From Granulicella sp. (GTDB lineage: Bacteria; Acidobacteriota; Terriglobia; Terriglobales; Acidobacteriaceae): DNA of 64,000 bases. Made by a program: the position numbers and the translations under genes. Positions 39,801 to 49,792 of the stretch are shown in pieces; the stretch's first letter is position 1; each line of letters opens with the position of its first letter. The notes under the pieces are model-generated. The model was not told the origin of the DNA. It was given only the letters and a program-made list of their open reading frames with translations, and ran no database searches. Location: NCBI GenBank assembly GCA_027339965.1, contig DAHWNL010000076.1:1-64000 (forward strand), in the 5' to 3' direction.

Positions 39801-40832
39801 CAGCACCACACGGAGCTTCCCGCGCAGATCGTCGCGCACGGCGGCGTAACGTTCGGCCTTGGCCGCCTGGCGCTTGAGCACGGCCATCTGGCGTGTGACC
39901 TCTTCAAAGATGTCATTGACCCGAGAGAGATTCTGCTTGGCTGATTCCAGGCGCAGTTCAGCCAGGCGTTTTTTGGTTTTGAAACGGGTGATCCCGGCAG
40001 CTTCTTCAATGATGGCGCGGCGATCCAAGGGCTTGGCCGAGAGGATGCTTCCAATGCGCTCCTGGCTGATCATCGCGTAGCTCTCCCCGCCCAGGCCGGT
40101 GCCCATGAAGATGTCCTGGATATCGCGCAAGCGACAGATCTTCCCGTTCAGAAGGTACTCAGAGTCTCCAGAGCGAAAGAGCCGGCGGGTGACAGTGATC
40201 TCGCCGGCGCGAATCGGAGTGCGGCCAAACTTCCGGCGGCGAATCTTGAGCACCACGTTGTTCGCCGGGTTCTGTTGGGCTCCGGGTTCGGAAGATCCGG
40301 CGCCGTCCGAGTCCGCGGTCTTTGTCTGTGGGGCCTCAGCTTCATAGGTTGTGCCGGGCTGCGCATCGGCCACCGCCTCCTCGGTATCCTGCGCGGCCTC
40401 TTCCCGCAGAGCGGCCTCGTCCCAGTCGCCCAGCGAGTCGATGCTGGTGATATGGTCCTTGGAGTCCATCGCGAGAGCGCCAGAATCTCCGTCAGAGATC
40501 CCAATCTGATCCGGTCCGAGGACCTCGGGCTGACCCTCCGTCAGCGCGTGGCCATCGTAGATGTCGGGATCGACCAAGGTGAGGGAGACTTCCGCCATGC
40601 CCGTAGGTTTGCGCTCGCGGGTGCCTGCAAAGATGACGTCTTCCATCTTGATTCCGCGCAAGCTCTTGGCAGACTGTTCCCCCAGAACCCAATTGATGGC
40701 GTCCGAGATATTCGATTTCCCGCACCCATTCGGGCCAACGATCGCGGCAATGCCCTGGCCGGACAACTGCACCTCGGTGCGGTCACAAAAGGATTTGAAG
40801 CCGAGAATCTGAACTTTTTTTAGCTTGAGCAA
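36873..40832 (-). CDS. smc: Chromosome segregation protein SMC
   Basis: GFKSF, GPNGCGKSN, coiled coils and hinge, LSGGE, LDEVDAPLD. Confidence 0.96.
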   Translation of the reverse strand: MLKLKKVQILGFKSFCDRTEVQLSGQGIAAIVGPNGCGKSNISDAINWVLGEQSAKSLRGIKMEDVIFAGTRERKPTGMAEVSLTLVDPDIYDGHALTEGQPEVLGPDQIGISDGDSGALAMDSKDHITSIDSLGDWDEAALREEAAQDTEEAVADAQPGTTYEAEAPQTKTADSDGAGSSEPGAQQNPANNVVLKIRRRKFGRTPIRAGEITVTRRLFRSGDSEYLLNGKICRLRDIQDIFMGTGLGGESYAMISQERIGSILSAKPLDRRAIIEEAAGITRFKTKKRLAELRLESAKQNLSRVNDIFEEVTRQMAVLKRQAAKAERYAAVRDDLRGKLRVVLASRLTQMDAEQASLFAEIARLGDLIESRSQQLEAMDAEHSQGVQRGYELDDQIRAAGSRANACAVEIERIAARAATNSDRIADLTERLQSGEQDLAQARSQLETLAGELEQHRSFLENATAESASSRESASAQQAQAQEATRSVLAAEALAETQRRSAMQSMQRAAQANNEIAQAEAALSGLNREQERLEAESLTSREELEALQARRGASRLSFEGLAENLKRLEFEIVELRHTLETRRLEETRSRRKGDELRAQAATLNGRRTSLEALIREHSYSTDTVRNIFRAQSKLPGSAAPLGTLADFLDVDGRYESLVDEFLRDELNYIVVSSWDAADAGVRLLHTDVAGRATFLVHPGNTDPETALPPETEVESPGGGVFALRDCIRIRNGFGRSLEAILPKLRNGFVAPDSETAQRLAHEHPQSYFLSPSGEAFHHCTVAGGKPREQGPLALKRELAELQGKLTGIEAELGENELATAALTREIADLTTTLDTKNHERRDTERESANAGAALRQMDQEVSRIQSRLQQCQIAADRNRDQRQQRLDFIARKRQESEGFEAERTTLEQQVSDLSERILSLRLRREELQEAASAAAVALAGLEERRRNAHANFERTHRIYEGQSQRIAQLESQCAAASAERQQREAETSSLTAKQVELTEARTQAIAEGETLSAEASALRLAMTELDSRLRSLRHETEALREQRAERSAGAARLASDLEHIEQTCLNDLSIEAACLRADDTIQRIEAEALAAEDEAARALKQRLEAMGPVNMMALEEFQETSQRHAFLETQRKDLLDSIENTQSSIKEIDDLSRVKFYDAFKIINENFAATFTKLFGGGQAFMRLTDPEAEGSKDSDLSGIDIIASPPGKKLQNVLLLSGGEKALTALSLLVGIFQFQPAPFCMLDEVDAPLDETNVGRFANLLSEVSTNTQVIIITHTKRTMEQADVMYGVTMQEPGVSKIVSVSLSGRSKGREARSAA

Positions 40833-41038
40833 GGATCAAAACCTCTTCCACCTCGGGTTGTGTCGGCAGGCGTGCCCAGCCCGGCTGAGCCGTGTGGGAG
40901 GCCGTTGCAGAGCTTCCAGCTCCGGCCGGTTCCGCCGGTGGTCGCGCCGGGCGGCTCTTCGCTGGAGCAGAAACCGGCTCAGAGCAAGATGGCGAACTGC
41001 CGGCAGCGATAGCCGTTCCGGAAACCGCTACAGGTCGA

Positions 41039-41067
41039 ATCGTAAGCGGGGAGAGGATGAGAATCAA
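41039..41067 (-). promoter_or_regulatory. Sigma70 promoter upstream of smc
   Basis: TTGATT-17-TACGAT on the minus strand. Confidence 0.6.
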
Positions 41068-41096
41068 CGCGTATTCGAGTCCCGGAGAAAGGATGT

Positions 41097-41105
41097 TGTG
41101 GATAA
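41097..41105 (-). promoter_or_regulatory. Perfect DnaA box TTATCCACA
   Basis: TGTGGATAA on the plus strand, about 30 bp upstream of the smc -35. Confidence 0.45.
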
Positions 41106-41381
41106 GCGCGGCCCAATCCGATTTCTTGTTGCTGCCGAGGGCATGGCCTGACCTCTGGCTTGTCTGCGGGGAGCGCATCTCCCGGGTTGGTGACGGGGGA
41201 CTCTCCCCGGGCGAACGATCTCCAGGAGCGAGTTGCGCAGAAGCATCTCCGTTTTTATAATCCGCATCATCTCCCTCATCCTGCTGATCGGGGAGGGATT
41301 TTCTCCGGTACCCGCAACTTTGCGCTAATCTTGACATACTGGCTCAGATCCCGAAGTATCTCTGCCGAGGAGATTCTCTTT

Positions 41382-42650
41382 ATGAAGAAGGTCGTACTTG
41401 CTTCGCTGCTGGCGGTGGCCGGCGCGTTTTTCTCAGCGTCCCCGACGCACGCCCAGCAGGCGTCGTCTGGAGGCATTCAGATGTCGCAGGCCGAGTACGC
41501 GGCCTACAACAAAGCCAGTACGCAGACAACCGCGGCAGGGAAGGTGGCTGCTTATGAGGCTTATCTGAAGGCCTATCCCAAGTCCGCAGTAAAAGCTGAT
41601 GTGCTGAATCAGATCTTGTTTCTGGATAGCCAATTGGGGGACCAGGCAGCCACGCTCAACACAGCCGACCAGATCCTCGCCATGGATCCCAACAACCTGC
41701 GCGCGCTGACCTTTGAGGTCTACTACCGCCGCGCCGACGCCGACAAGCTGACCGATCCGGCGGCCAAGCAGGCAGCGCTGGACAAGGTTGCCACCTATGC
41801 CCAGGAGGGCGTGAACGCCAAGAAGCCTGATGGTATGTCCGATGCCGATTTCGCAACCCTGAAGTCCAAGACGGATCCCACGTTCCTGAGCGCGATTGCC
41901 GACGACGATATGGCCAAGAAAGACAATGCCGACGCCATCAAGGTCTTGAGCCAGGAGATTAACGGGGACGCCGATGACACCACCAAGCCCAGCCAGACGT
42001 TGCAGGACGTCTATATTCTGGCTCAGGCCTATTACACCGAGACTCCTCCGGACTATCTCAACTGCGCCTGGTATGCCACGCGGGCAGCCGCCTATGCTCC
42101 GGCGGCCTACAAGACCACGATTGAGCCCTTGGCCGAGTACTGCTACAAGAAGTTTCACGGTGGCATTGATGGATATACCGATATGCAGACGGCTGCACAG
42201 GCTAATCTGAATCCTCCCGCGGGCTTCAAGGTGACGCCAGCGCCCAAGCCGGAAGATGTGATCACCAACCTGATCAACACCACGCCTGACCTGGCGACGC
42301 TGGCGATCAGTGACCGCGAGTTTGTGCTCCAGAATGGAACGCCCGCAGATGCGGAGAAGGTCTTTGATGCGGTAAAAGGCAAAGAGGTGCAACTGCCCGG
42401 AGTTACGGTAATCTCGGCCACGCCGGATGCAATTCAGGTCGCCGTCTCCGACGATGCGGTGCAGAGCAAGACGGCTGACTTTACCTTCAACATGAAGACA
42501 CCCCTGAAGACGTTGCCCAGCGTGGGAGACACCATCACCATCAACGGGACCTATGATTCCTATACACAGAAGCCGTTGATGATCACCATGTCGAACTCGT
42601 ATATTCAGCTTCCCAAGCCGGTACACCATTACCGCAAGCGCACGAATTAG
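41382..42650 (+). CDS. Secreted TPR-like protein with beta-rich C-terminal domain
   Basis: GAGGAG RBS, signal peptide MKKVVLASLL..., helical repeats. Confidence 0.85.
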   Translation: MKKVVLASLLAVAGAFFSASPTHAQQASSGGIQMSQAEYAAYNKASTQTTAAGKVAAYEAYLKAYPKSAVKADVLNQILFLDSQLGDQAATLNTADQILAMDPNNLRALTFEVYYRRADADKLTDPAAKQAALDKVATYAQEGVNAKKPDGMSDADFATLKSKTDPTFLSAIADDDMAKKDNADAIKVLSQEINGDADDTTKPSQTLQDVYILAQAYYTETPPDYLNCAWYATRAAAYAPAAYKTTIEPLAEYCYKKFHGGIDGYTDMQTAAQANLNPPAGFKVTPAPKPEDVITNLINTTPDLATLAISDREFVLQNGTPADAEKVFDAVKGKEVQLPGVTVISATPDAIQVAVSDDAVQSKTADFTFNMKTPLKTLPSVGDTITINGTYDSYTQKPLMITMSNSYIQLPKPVHHYRKRTN

Positions 42651-42677
42651 CTTGGGGCTGAACAGAGAACAGACAAG

Positions 42678-42707
42678 ACGGCCTCCTCCGGGAGGCCGTT
42701 CGGTTTT
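42678..42707 (+). terminator. Intrinsic terminator
   Basis: ACGGCCTCC/GGAGGCCGT stem followed by a T-rich tail. Confidence 0.65.
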
Positions 42708-42738
42708 CTGCATGGAGTTCGGCTTCGGCGATCGAGCC

Positions 42739-42854
42739 GGACAACATTCTCAGCGTCGATGCGTATCCCGAAGAGGGCTTGCAGCCGGGTTTTCCCTGCG
42801 GAAGGCGCCCTTGCAGGTTCAGGTTCCGAGATGCCTGTTCGGAACGATCTTTAC
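42739..42854. repeat. Decayed copy of the 117-bp MITE-like element
   Basis: CATT..CAG.GTCGATG.GT.TCCCGAAGAGGGCTT...GTTTTC...CGCCC colinear with the intact copies; right end falls on the TAA of the PIG-L gene. Confidence 0.75.
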
Positions 42855-45799
42855 CGGCCGGGAGGCGTAATCAAATTAACGTAGAGCCGGAAGGCTCCGG
42901 GAACTGCTTCGGGGAGCTGGCGGTAGAGAGCGTAGGCACAGTAGGTCCAGCGTCCCTGGCCGATGGATGCCGTAATGAGTCCACCAAGCTGGGGGGGCTG
43001 CGGGGCGATTCCGTCTCCGCCCGGGTCGTGGGCTTCCGTGAGTGCCGAATAGCGTGGGTCCCAGGTTTCCAGAAACCCGTGGCCGCGCTCCTCGATCCAG
43101 TGGTCGAAGTCAGCAGAACTGATCGGGTTGGGCGTGTTGAGCAGAGGGTTGGAAGACGCCATGAGTTGAACCGGATCGGTTTCCACCACTACCTTTTCGG
43201 CGTGGCCCAGCGAGAGCGGGTAGGGAGCGTCGGCGGAACTGAAGTCAGAGGTCTGGTATTGGACAAGGACGTTGCCCCCCTTGCGAGCGAACTGCAGCAG
43301 AGCCTGCGTGGGAGCGCCATGCAGGTTAGCGTGGGCGGTGTAGGCGCGGACGCCCAGGATGACCGTGTCGAAGCCGGCCAGTTTGACCGGGGTGAGATCG
43401 CTGACGCGGATGAGAATGGGCGCCAGGCCGATGGAGGCCAAGGCCTGGGGAACCGAGTCGCCCGTGCCAGGCAGGTAGGCGATGCGTAGGTGCTTGGGGA
43501 GCTTGAGGTTGATCGGCACGATGCGGGAGGTGGCAGGGGTGTACAGATTGGTAGAAATCAGACCGGGGTAGCCCACGGACCGGTACCCTTCACTGTAAGT
43601 TTCTCCATCAGGAGTCCGCGCGGTGAGACGCATCAGAGCCGGCTTGTGGAAAGCAGCTGTGGGATGGAGGAAGAACTCTGTGGAATGCGTATTGGCAGCG
43701 GATAGAGCCGGAACAGCCCGAGCCTGAATCGACCAGTTCTTTGGAGATTGTAGGTTGATATTGGCTGAGGTGGCGTAGGCGGTGTGCAGGGTTGCGGTGA
43801 GTTGCACCGTAGATTGGCCTGTTGGAAGGACCATGGCCGACGGCGCGCTGGCGATGGACACCGGGGGCACGATCGATACCGGCTGCGGACCATGGTGCAC
43901 GATGCGGCCAAGGCTGATCTCGACGCCCTCGTCATCCAGAAAAGCCCATGCGGTCAAGGGCGCAGGTGTCTGGGGTGCATTGCGCAGTTCCGGGTTGCGA
44001 AGCTTGTAGACGGCTTGTTCGATGCTGTCTCGGTAGAAGTAGGGTTGGGTGATCTGCTCCAAATGACTGGCGGGGATCTGCCAGTTGTTCTTCACGGGCG
44101 TGCCGGCGGCCAGCGGCTGAGCCGGAAGGTTGCCGAGGGTCTGGACCTGGTTGGGCTGGGCCCCGGCGATGATGATCCGGCTGAGGGTGATCGGCAGGCT
44201 GGAGGACTTGGAGAGTTCGGTCTCAATCTTCGGAGAGGAACCTTGCACCAGATTGCGGGAGGCTGCGACGGCATCCAGATGGAGGCCAAGGGCGAGAACC
44301 AGAGCGTCATTGATCTGGACGCGCTTGATGCGTAGCTCGTGCAGGAGATCAGCCTTGTGCCGTTGGTCCATGGTGGCGGTGGACAGCAGCCGGAGCATGG
44401 CGTTGGTCGTCACCAGCGCGCGGGTCAACGGCGGAACGGTCTTTTCGGGCGCCTCGGGGGCAAACTCGGCCGCGGCTGTTTGAACCTCCCTGGCCAGATC
44501 GGCTAGCTGGCGTTTCAGGAGCGTTGGGGCATCCGGCGCCAGGGTCGCCATGCCCTGAAGGGAGGTGTCGATGCCGGTGAAGAAGTTGGCTTGCGTGAGG
44601 AGATCGCCGGGAGTGTTGGCTAAGTTCTGGGCGCTGGAAGCTGAGTTCGGTGCCGCGGTGGACGGGATGCAGGGGGTGGTGGAGTTCTCACCGCGAACCC
44701 TGGCCGTCGGTGCGGCAATGGTCTGGAGCGAGACGCGGACATCCGCGGCTGCGCCACAAAGGACGGAGCCATAGAGATGGTATGGGGAGTCGAAGCGGCC
44801 GGGGCCGGGCAGACGCATGGTCCGGCTGATCTGTGTCCGCTGAAGCGCAAGTCCGATGCGGGCGAACCGAGCGTAGCTGATGGCCTGGTTCGCCGTTAGG
44901 CTGGAGGGTAAGCCGGCGGTGGCGTCGGTCAAAATGGGATCGGTGTCGCCCTCTGGAACCAGGACGTCTGCGCTGGGCTTGGAGGTGATGACCGCTCCGG
45001 TGACGTAGTTGCGGAAGCGAGGGGGAACGTATTGATTCGTGGCGTAGTCATAGACGCCCTGGCTGGTGAGCCTTGCCCAAGGGACGCGAGCATAAACCTT
45101 CAGCGCCTGCCAGGGAAGGATCCCTTGCCGGATCATGTCGGGGAAGACATTGGGGTCAGCGGCGGCCTTGAATGCCTCCTGAGCGATCTCGCCGGAGACC
45201 TGGTGCTGGCCGTGGCCGTCAGTGACGTTGCCCACGAAGACGGCGGCGATTACCAGCGGACGATAGATGCGGATGGCGCGGACAACATCATAGAGCACAC
45301 GCTCGCGGTCCCATTTCTGGAAGGACTCCTGCATGGATTTAGAGAACCCGAAGTCAACTTCTTCGCCAAACATCTGGTCCACATCGAAGTAGCGATCGGC
45401 GCTGAGCAACTCCTGGGTGCGAATGAGGCCGAGCGCGTCCTCAAAGTCGGCGGTGACAAAGTTCTGGCCGCCTTCGCCGCGGTTGAGGGTGAGCGTGGCG
45501 ACGCGTGCCCCCAGGCCGCGGGAATAAAGGGTGAGCATGCCGCCATCCTCGTCGTCGGGATGGGCGGTGATCAGCAGCAGAGAGGCGCGAGTGTTGAGCT
45601 TGCGAAGAAGCTGCGCCAGGCCGCTCGATCCCTGGTCGATGGGAAGCTCGTGACCATTGGAGGCGGAGACTCGCTCTCCCCCAAGGTTCGCGGGGTCGGT
45701 AAAAGGAGCTGATGATCTGGGAGAGGGCGCTTGCTGAGCGAGGGTGATTCCGGAAACGGTGAGGCACAGCGCTAGAAGGAGAGGCGCAGAGAGCTTCAT
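42851..45799 (-). CDS. Large secreted PIG-L/LmbE-family deacetylase with C-terminal extra domains
   Basis: Signal peptide, AHPDDE, TLNRGEGGQN, GHGQH; C-terminal alpha/beta domain. Confidence 0.88.
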   Translation of the reverse strand: MKLSAPLLLALCLTVSGITLAQQAPSPRSSAPFTDPANLGGERVSASNGHELPIDQGSSGLAQLLRKLNTRASLLLITAHPDDEDGGMLTLYSRGLGARVATLTLNRGEGGQNFVTADFEDALGLIRTQELLSADRYFDVDQMFGEEVDFGFSKSMQESFQKWDRERVLYDVVRAIRIYRPLVIAAVFVGNVTDGHGQHQVSGEIAQEAFKAAADPNVFPDMIRQGILPWQALKVYARVPWARLTSQGVYDYATNQYVPPRFRNYVTGAVITSKPSADVLVPEGDTDPILTDATAGLPSSLTANQAISYARFARIGLALQRTQISRTMRLPGPGRFDSPYHLYGSVLCGAAADVRVSLQTIAAPTARVRGENSTTPCIPSTAAPNSASSAQNLANTPGDLLTQANFFTGIDTSLQGMATLAPDAPTLLKRQLADLAREVQTAAAEFAPEAPEKTVPPLTRALVTTNAMLRLLSTATMDQRHKADLLHELRIKRVQINDALVLALGLHLDAVAASRNLVQGSSPKIETELSKSSSLPITLSRIIIAGAQPNQVQTLGNLPAQPLAAGTPVKNNWQIPASHLEQITQPYFYRDSIEQAVYKLRNPELRNAPQTPAPLTAWAFLDDEGVEISLGRIVHHGPQPVSIVPPVSIASAPSAMVLPTGQSTVQLTATLHTAYATSANINLQSPKNWSIQARAVPALSAANTHSTEFFLHPTAAFHKPALMRLTARTPDGETYSEGYRSVGYPGLISTNLYTPATSRIVPINLKLPKHLRIAYLPGTGDSVPQALASIGLAPILIRVSDLTPVKLAGFDTVILGVRAYTAHANLHGAPTQALLQFARKGGNVLVQYQTSDFSSADAPYPLSLGHAEKVVVETDPVQLMASSNPLLNTPNPISSADFDHWIEERGHGFLETWDPRYSALTEAHDPGGDGIAPQPPQLGGLITASIGQGRWTYCAYALYRQLPEAVPGAFRLYVNLITPPGR

Positions 45800-45958
45800 G
45801 TTGACTAGAGTCTCACAGACGGGCTCTTTGGCGCGGGCGATGGGTTGGGACCAGGCGATCTTGAGGTGCGGCTCCGACGCGCTCCCGAGCCGCCTTTCTG
45901 TCGGCGAGTCAAATTAGTTTCTGAAGAGAATTTCCGCGGCTTTGCTTAGACTGGCCAG

Positions 45959-47434
45959 ATGAGCCTCGACGGAGACAATCTGGAGCGATCGCTGACTCTG
46001 CCCGGGGCTGTGACGCTGAACCTGCTGGACATGATTGGGGTGGGTCCCTTCCTGACCCTGCCGCTGCTGCTGGCGGCGATGGGCGGCCCGCAGGCGATGC
46101 TGGGGTGGGTTCTCGGTGCGCTCCTTGCGGTTTGCGACGGTCTGGTGTGGGCGGAGTTGGGTTCGGCGATGCCGGAGGCTGGAGGAACCTACCACTACCT
46201 GACGGAGATGTTTCCCGGCGGCTGGGGGCGGTGGCTGAGCTTCCTCTTCGTTTTTCAGGTCTGTTTTTCGGCGCCGTTGAGCGTGGCCAGCGGATGCATC
46301 GGTCTGGCGCAGTATGCAGGGTTTCTCCATCCGGGCTGGGTGACGCAGGGGGCCGTGCATGGTTTGCGTGTGGGGCCTTACAGCTTTGGGGTAACGGCGG
46401 GGCGCTCCACGGCGCTGGCGATGGCAGCCCTGGGCGTAGTGGTGTTGCTGCTTTACCGTGGGCTGGAACGGATGCGCCGGCTGGCGGCGGCGATGCTGGC
46501 TGTGGTGCTCGCAACGATCGCGTGGGCGATGCTCACCGGACTCTTTTATGGTCACTGGTCACGCGTCGTTGCGCTTCCGGCAGGGGCAGGGAAGCTTGAC
46601 CATGGGTTTTTCGCGGGGCTGGGATCGGCCATGCTGATCGCCACTTACGACTATTGGGGCTACTACAACGTGACATTTCTGGGTGGGGAGACGCGCGAGC
46701 CGGAGCGGACGATCCCCCGCGCCGTGCTGCTTTCGATTGGGCTGGTGGCGTTGTTGTATCTGGGGCTGAACATCAGTGTGCTCTCTGTACTGGGCGCGCC
46801 CGCGATTCTGGCTGCGCAGGATCTGCAGGCGCGGCGAGCCTTGCTGAGCGAGATGATGCGGGTTGCGTATTCGCCGCACTGGGGCGCTGCCATGGGAATC
46901 TGGCTGGGACGTCTGGCGGCGGTGCTGGTGATGGCGACGGCGTTTGCCAGCGTCTTCTCTTTGCTCCTAGGTTACTCGCGGATTCCTTACGCGGCGGCGC
47001 GGGATGGCAACTTTCCCAGGATCTTTGCGCGGCTCCATCCGCAGGGAAGGTTTCCGTATGTTTCACTGCTGGTGCTCTCCGCAGCCGCGTGTGTGTTCTG
47101 CTTCTTCTCTCTGGCGGACGTGATTGCGGCGCTGGTGGTGTTGCGGATTGTCTTGCAGTTTGGGCTGCAGCAGGTGGGGGTCGTGCTGCTGCGCGCGCGA
47201 CGTCCGGGGATGCGCCGGCCCTTCCGGATTTGGCTGTATCCTTTGCCGCCGCTGCTGGCGCTGGCAGGCTTTGCCTACATCGTAATCTCACGTCCCGGCT
47301 TCCATCGTCAGTTGGTGCTGGCTGGAGCCGTGACGCTGGCCGGGACGATTTTGTTTGGTTGTAGGTCCCCGGCCGCGAAGGCCGCATTCACCGGCTTTCA
47401 AGGAGCAAAAACAAGGAGCAAAAAAAAGATGTAA
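45959..47434 (+). CDS. APC-family amino acid permease
   Basis: MIGVGPF, ELGSAMPEAGG.Y, about 12 TM segments. Confidence 0.92.
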   Translation: MSLDGDNLERSLTLPGAVTLNLLDMIGVGPFLTLPLLLAAMGGPQAMLGWVLGALLAVCDGLVWAELGSAMPEAGGTYHYLTEMFPGGWGRWLSFLFVFQVCFSAPLSVASGCIGLAQYAGFLHPGWVTQGAVHGLRVGPYSFGVTAGRSTALAMAALGVVVLLLYRGLERMRRLAAAMLAVVLATIAWAMLTGLFYGHWSRVVALPAGAGKLDHGFFAGLGSAMLIATYDYWGYYNVTFLGGETREPERTIPRAVLLSIGLVALLYLGLNISVLSVLGAPAILAAQDLQARRALLSEMMRVAYSPHWGAAMGIWLGRLAAVLVMATAFASVFSLLLGYSRIPYAAARDGNFPRIFARLHPQGRFPYVSLLVLSAAACVFCFFSLADVIAALVVLRIVLQFGLQQVGVVLLRARRPGMRRPFRIWLYPLPPLLALAGFAYIVISRPGFHRQLVLAGAVTLAGTILFGCRSPAAKAAFTGFQGAKTRSKKKM

Positions 47435-47599
47435 CCGATAGAGGCGCTTGGCCGTCCTATGAAAACAGAGTCGACGGTGGGATCGCATTGCGTGCGCCAG
47501 CCAAGAGAAGGTACCTTTCGGCTGCTTCGCAAGGCCGATCGAGCGCTGCCGAGACGTTCAGGAGTGGATGGAAGCCGAAACGAAGGATGAGGTGATGGG

Positions 47600-48559
47600 A
47601 TGCTACTGTTGACGCGCCGCGTGAAAGAACCTCCATCGTCGGAGATCACGCCCAAGGAGACCTATGAAGCCTTTGAGCTGAACCGCAGGCAGTTGATGAA
47701 GGGCCTGGGGGTTGCGGGAGTAGCGATGGCGCTGACGCGGAAGGCGCGGGCGGAGCTGAAGATCGATGACCTTTTAGCGACGCAGTATACGGTGCCGGAT
47801 CGAGCCACCACGCCCGAACGGATGGCGAAGAGCTACAACAACTTCTATGAGTTCGGCGAAGAGAAGAGCGATCCCGCCAAGAATGCCCATACGCTGGTGA
47901 CTTATCCGTGGAATGTGCAGGTGGAAGGATTGGTGGCCAAGCCGCGCACGTTCCAGTTTGGGGAGCTGTTTCATCTGCAGCCCATGCAGCAAAGGGTGTA
48001 CCGATTTCGCTGCGTGGAAGCATGGTCGATGGTGATTCCCTGGGACGGATTCCCTCTTTCGGAGCTGATCAAGGTGGTAGAACCGCTGCCCAAGGCGAAG
48101 TTTGTGCAGTTTCTGTCACTGGAGAATCGCAAGGACGAGATCCTGCCCTTCGGGATTCCATGGCCTTATTCGGAGGGGTTGCGCATGGACGAGGCGATGA
48201 ATCCGCTGACCCTGTTGACGTTTGGAAGTTACGGAGAGACGCTGGCGAATCAGCAAGGCGCTCCCGTGCGGGTGATCGTGCCCTGGAAGTATGGGTTCAA
48301 GTCTGCGAAGTCGATTGTGAAGATTAAGTTTGTAGAGCATATGCCACCCACGACGTGGAATGAACTGGCTCCGGACGAGTATGGGTTTTATTCCAATGTC
48401 AATCCCCAAGTGGACCATCCGCGCTGGTCCCAGGCGCATGAGCGGCTGCTGAACGCGTACACCCTCTTCCCCAAGGTGGTGCCGACCCTGATGTTCAATG
48501 GATACGGCGATCAGGTGGCATCCATGTATGCAGGGATGAACCTGCGCAAGGACTTTTGA
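47600..48559 (+). CDS. msrP: Protein-methionine-sulfoxide reductase catalytic subunit MsrP
   Basis: Tat motif NRRQLMK, YNNFYEFG, RCVEAWS, PWKYGFKS, HPRWSQA; start uncertain. Confidence 0.95.
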   Translation: MLLLTRRVKEPPSSEITPKETYEAFELNRRQLMKGLGVAGVAMALTRKARAELKIDDLLATQYTVPDRATTPERMAKSYNNFYEFGEEKSDPAKNAHTLVTYPWNVQVEGLVAKPRTFQFGELFHLQPMQQRVYRFRCVEAWSMVIPWDGFPLSELIKVVEPLPKAKFVQFLSLENRKDEILPFGIPWPYSEGLRMDEAMNPLTLLTFGSYGETLANQQGAPVRVIVPWKYGFKSAKSIVKIKFVEHMPPTTWNELAPDEYGFYSNVNPQVDHPRWSQAHERLLNAYTLFPKVVPTLMFNGYGDQVASMYAGMNLRKDF

Positions 48560-48740
48560 CCCTTGGGTGAGGCGGGGAACAGCGCCTTGGCAAGGAGCGG
48601 CATGCACGACGCTCATTTTTTTACAAGGCTGCTTCCGCCCGCGCGTGGAGCAGCGGGTGAACGGCAGCGGACCGGATTGAGCAGGCCAAGAGAGAAAAGT
48701 GCCGGCCGGCAGAGCCTGGTATCGGAGCGTCAGGAGAAGC

Positions 48741-49484
48741 ATGACGAATCGACGAATTGTGATTGGCAAGATCGCGGCCCATGCTCTCTGTCTGTTGCCG
48801 GCTCTCGATTTGGTGCGGATGTACCGCAACGGATCGCTGGTTGTGCTGGCTGATCCGGTAAATTTCATCACTCATTTCACAGGCGACTGGGCTCTCTGGC
48901 TTCTGCTCGTCAGCCTGGCCATCACTCCGTTGCGCCGTTTATCCCAGGGAGCAGGGTGGCAGGGTCTGAATGGGCTGGTCCGATTCCGCCGCATGGTTGG
49001 CCTCTATGCCTTCTTCTACGCTACCCTGCATCTGCTGACCTACGTGCTGCTGTTCAGCGGCTACAACGTTCCGGCGGCGTTTGCCGGTTTGGAAGCCGGG
49101 CGCCTGCTGGAGCCATGGCGCCAGTTGCAGATGATCTGGCCGGCGATTCTGGATGACGTGCAGAAGCGGCGGTTTATCCAGGTAGGGTTCGCGGCCTGGT
49201 TGATTCTGTTGATGATGGCTGCTACCTCTCCCCGCAAGGCTCTGCGCGCCATCGGAGGAAGGAATTGGCAGCGGCTGCACAGGCTCGTCTACCTGGCTGG
49301 AGCCTTTGCCTGCGTGCATTACTGGTGGCTGGTAAAGACCGGCGTGCGCACGCCCTGGAAGGTGACCGCCGTGCTGACCGTGCTGCTGGGCATCCGACTG
49401 GGATTTCGGATGAAAAAGCATGGCGGCATGCCTCCTGACCTCCGGAAGAATGAGAGTCGGGAGGCGACCGGGATGCTGACATAG
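48741..49484 (+). CDS. msrQ: Heme-binding subunit MsrQ
   Basis: TGDWAL, RRMVGLYAFFY..LH, W..LHRLVY; AGGAG RBS. Confidence 0.92.
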   Translation: MTNRRIVIGKIAAHALCLLPALDLVRMYRNGSLVVLADPVNFITHFTGDWALWLLLVSLAITPLRRLSQGAGWQGLNGLVRFRRMVGLYAFFYATLHLLTYVLLFSGYNVPAAFAGLEAGRLLEPWRQLQMIWPAILDDVQKRRFIQVGFAAWLILLMMAATSPRKALRAIGGRNWQRLHRLVYLAGAFACVHYWWLVKTGVRTPWKVTAVLTVLLGIRLGFRMKKHGGMPPDLRKNESREATGMLT

Positions 49485-49502
49485 CAACCGGCATCTTTAC
49501 GC

Positions 49503-49616
49503 TGATAGCTTCTCCGTGTCGCCAGGTTTCCAAAACGGGGTCGGAGGCGAATTCGTTGCGGAAAACTCCCGTACGGGCCGTAGCGCAGGAATGCGCCTGC
49601 AAGGAAACGGCTGCAG
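49503..49616. repeat. Decayed copy of the 117-bp MITE-like element
   Basis: ATAGC...GTGTCG ... GGCG..TTC.TTG.GGAAAAC.CCC.TA ... CGCCT.CA..GAAAC.GCT..AG colinear with copy A. Confidence 0.65.
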
Positions 49617-49792
49617 GCGCAAGGGTCATCTGCGCAACGCCGCTCAGGCTGCAACGCGCCACTCCATTCCTCTGCCAAGCGGGAGGGTGAGTGCCAAGCC
49701 GGCCCTCCAAGATTCGCCATAGATGGCCGGCAAAAGAAGCAGATGCTGCGGCATGCGGTTTTGAACGTGCTTCGACTCTGTGGCCAAGGCCC

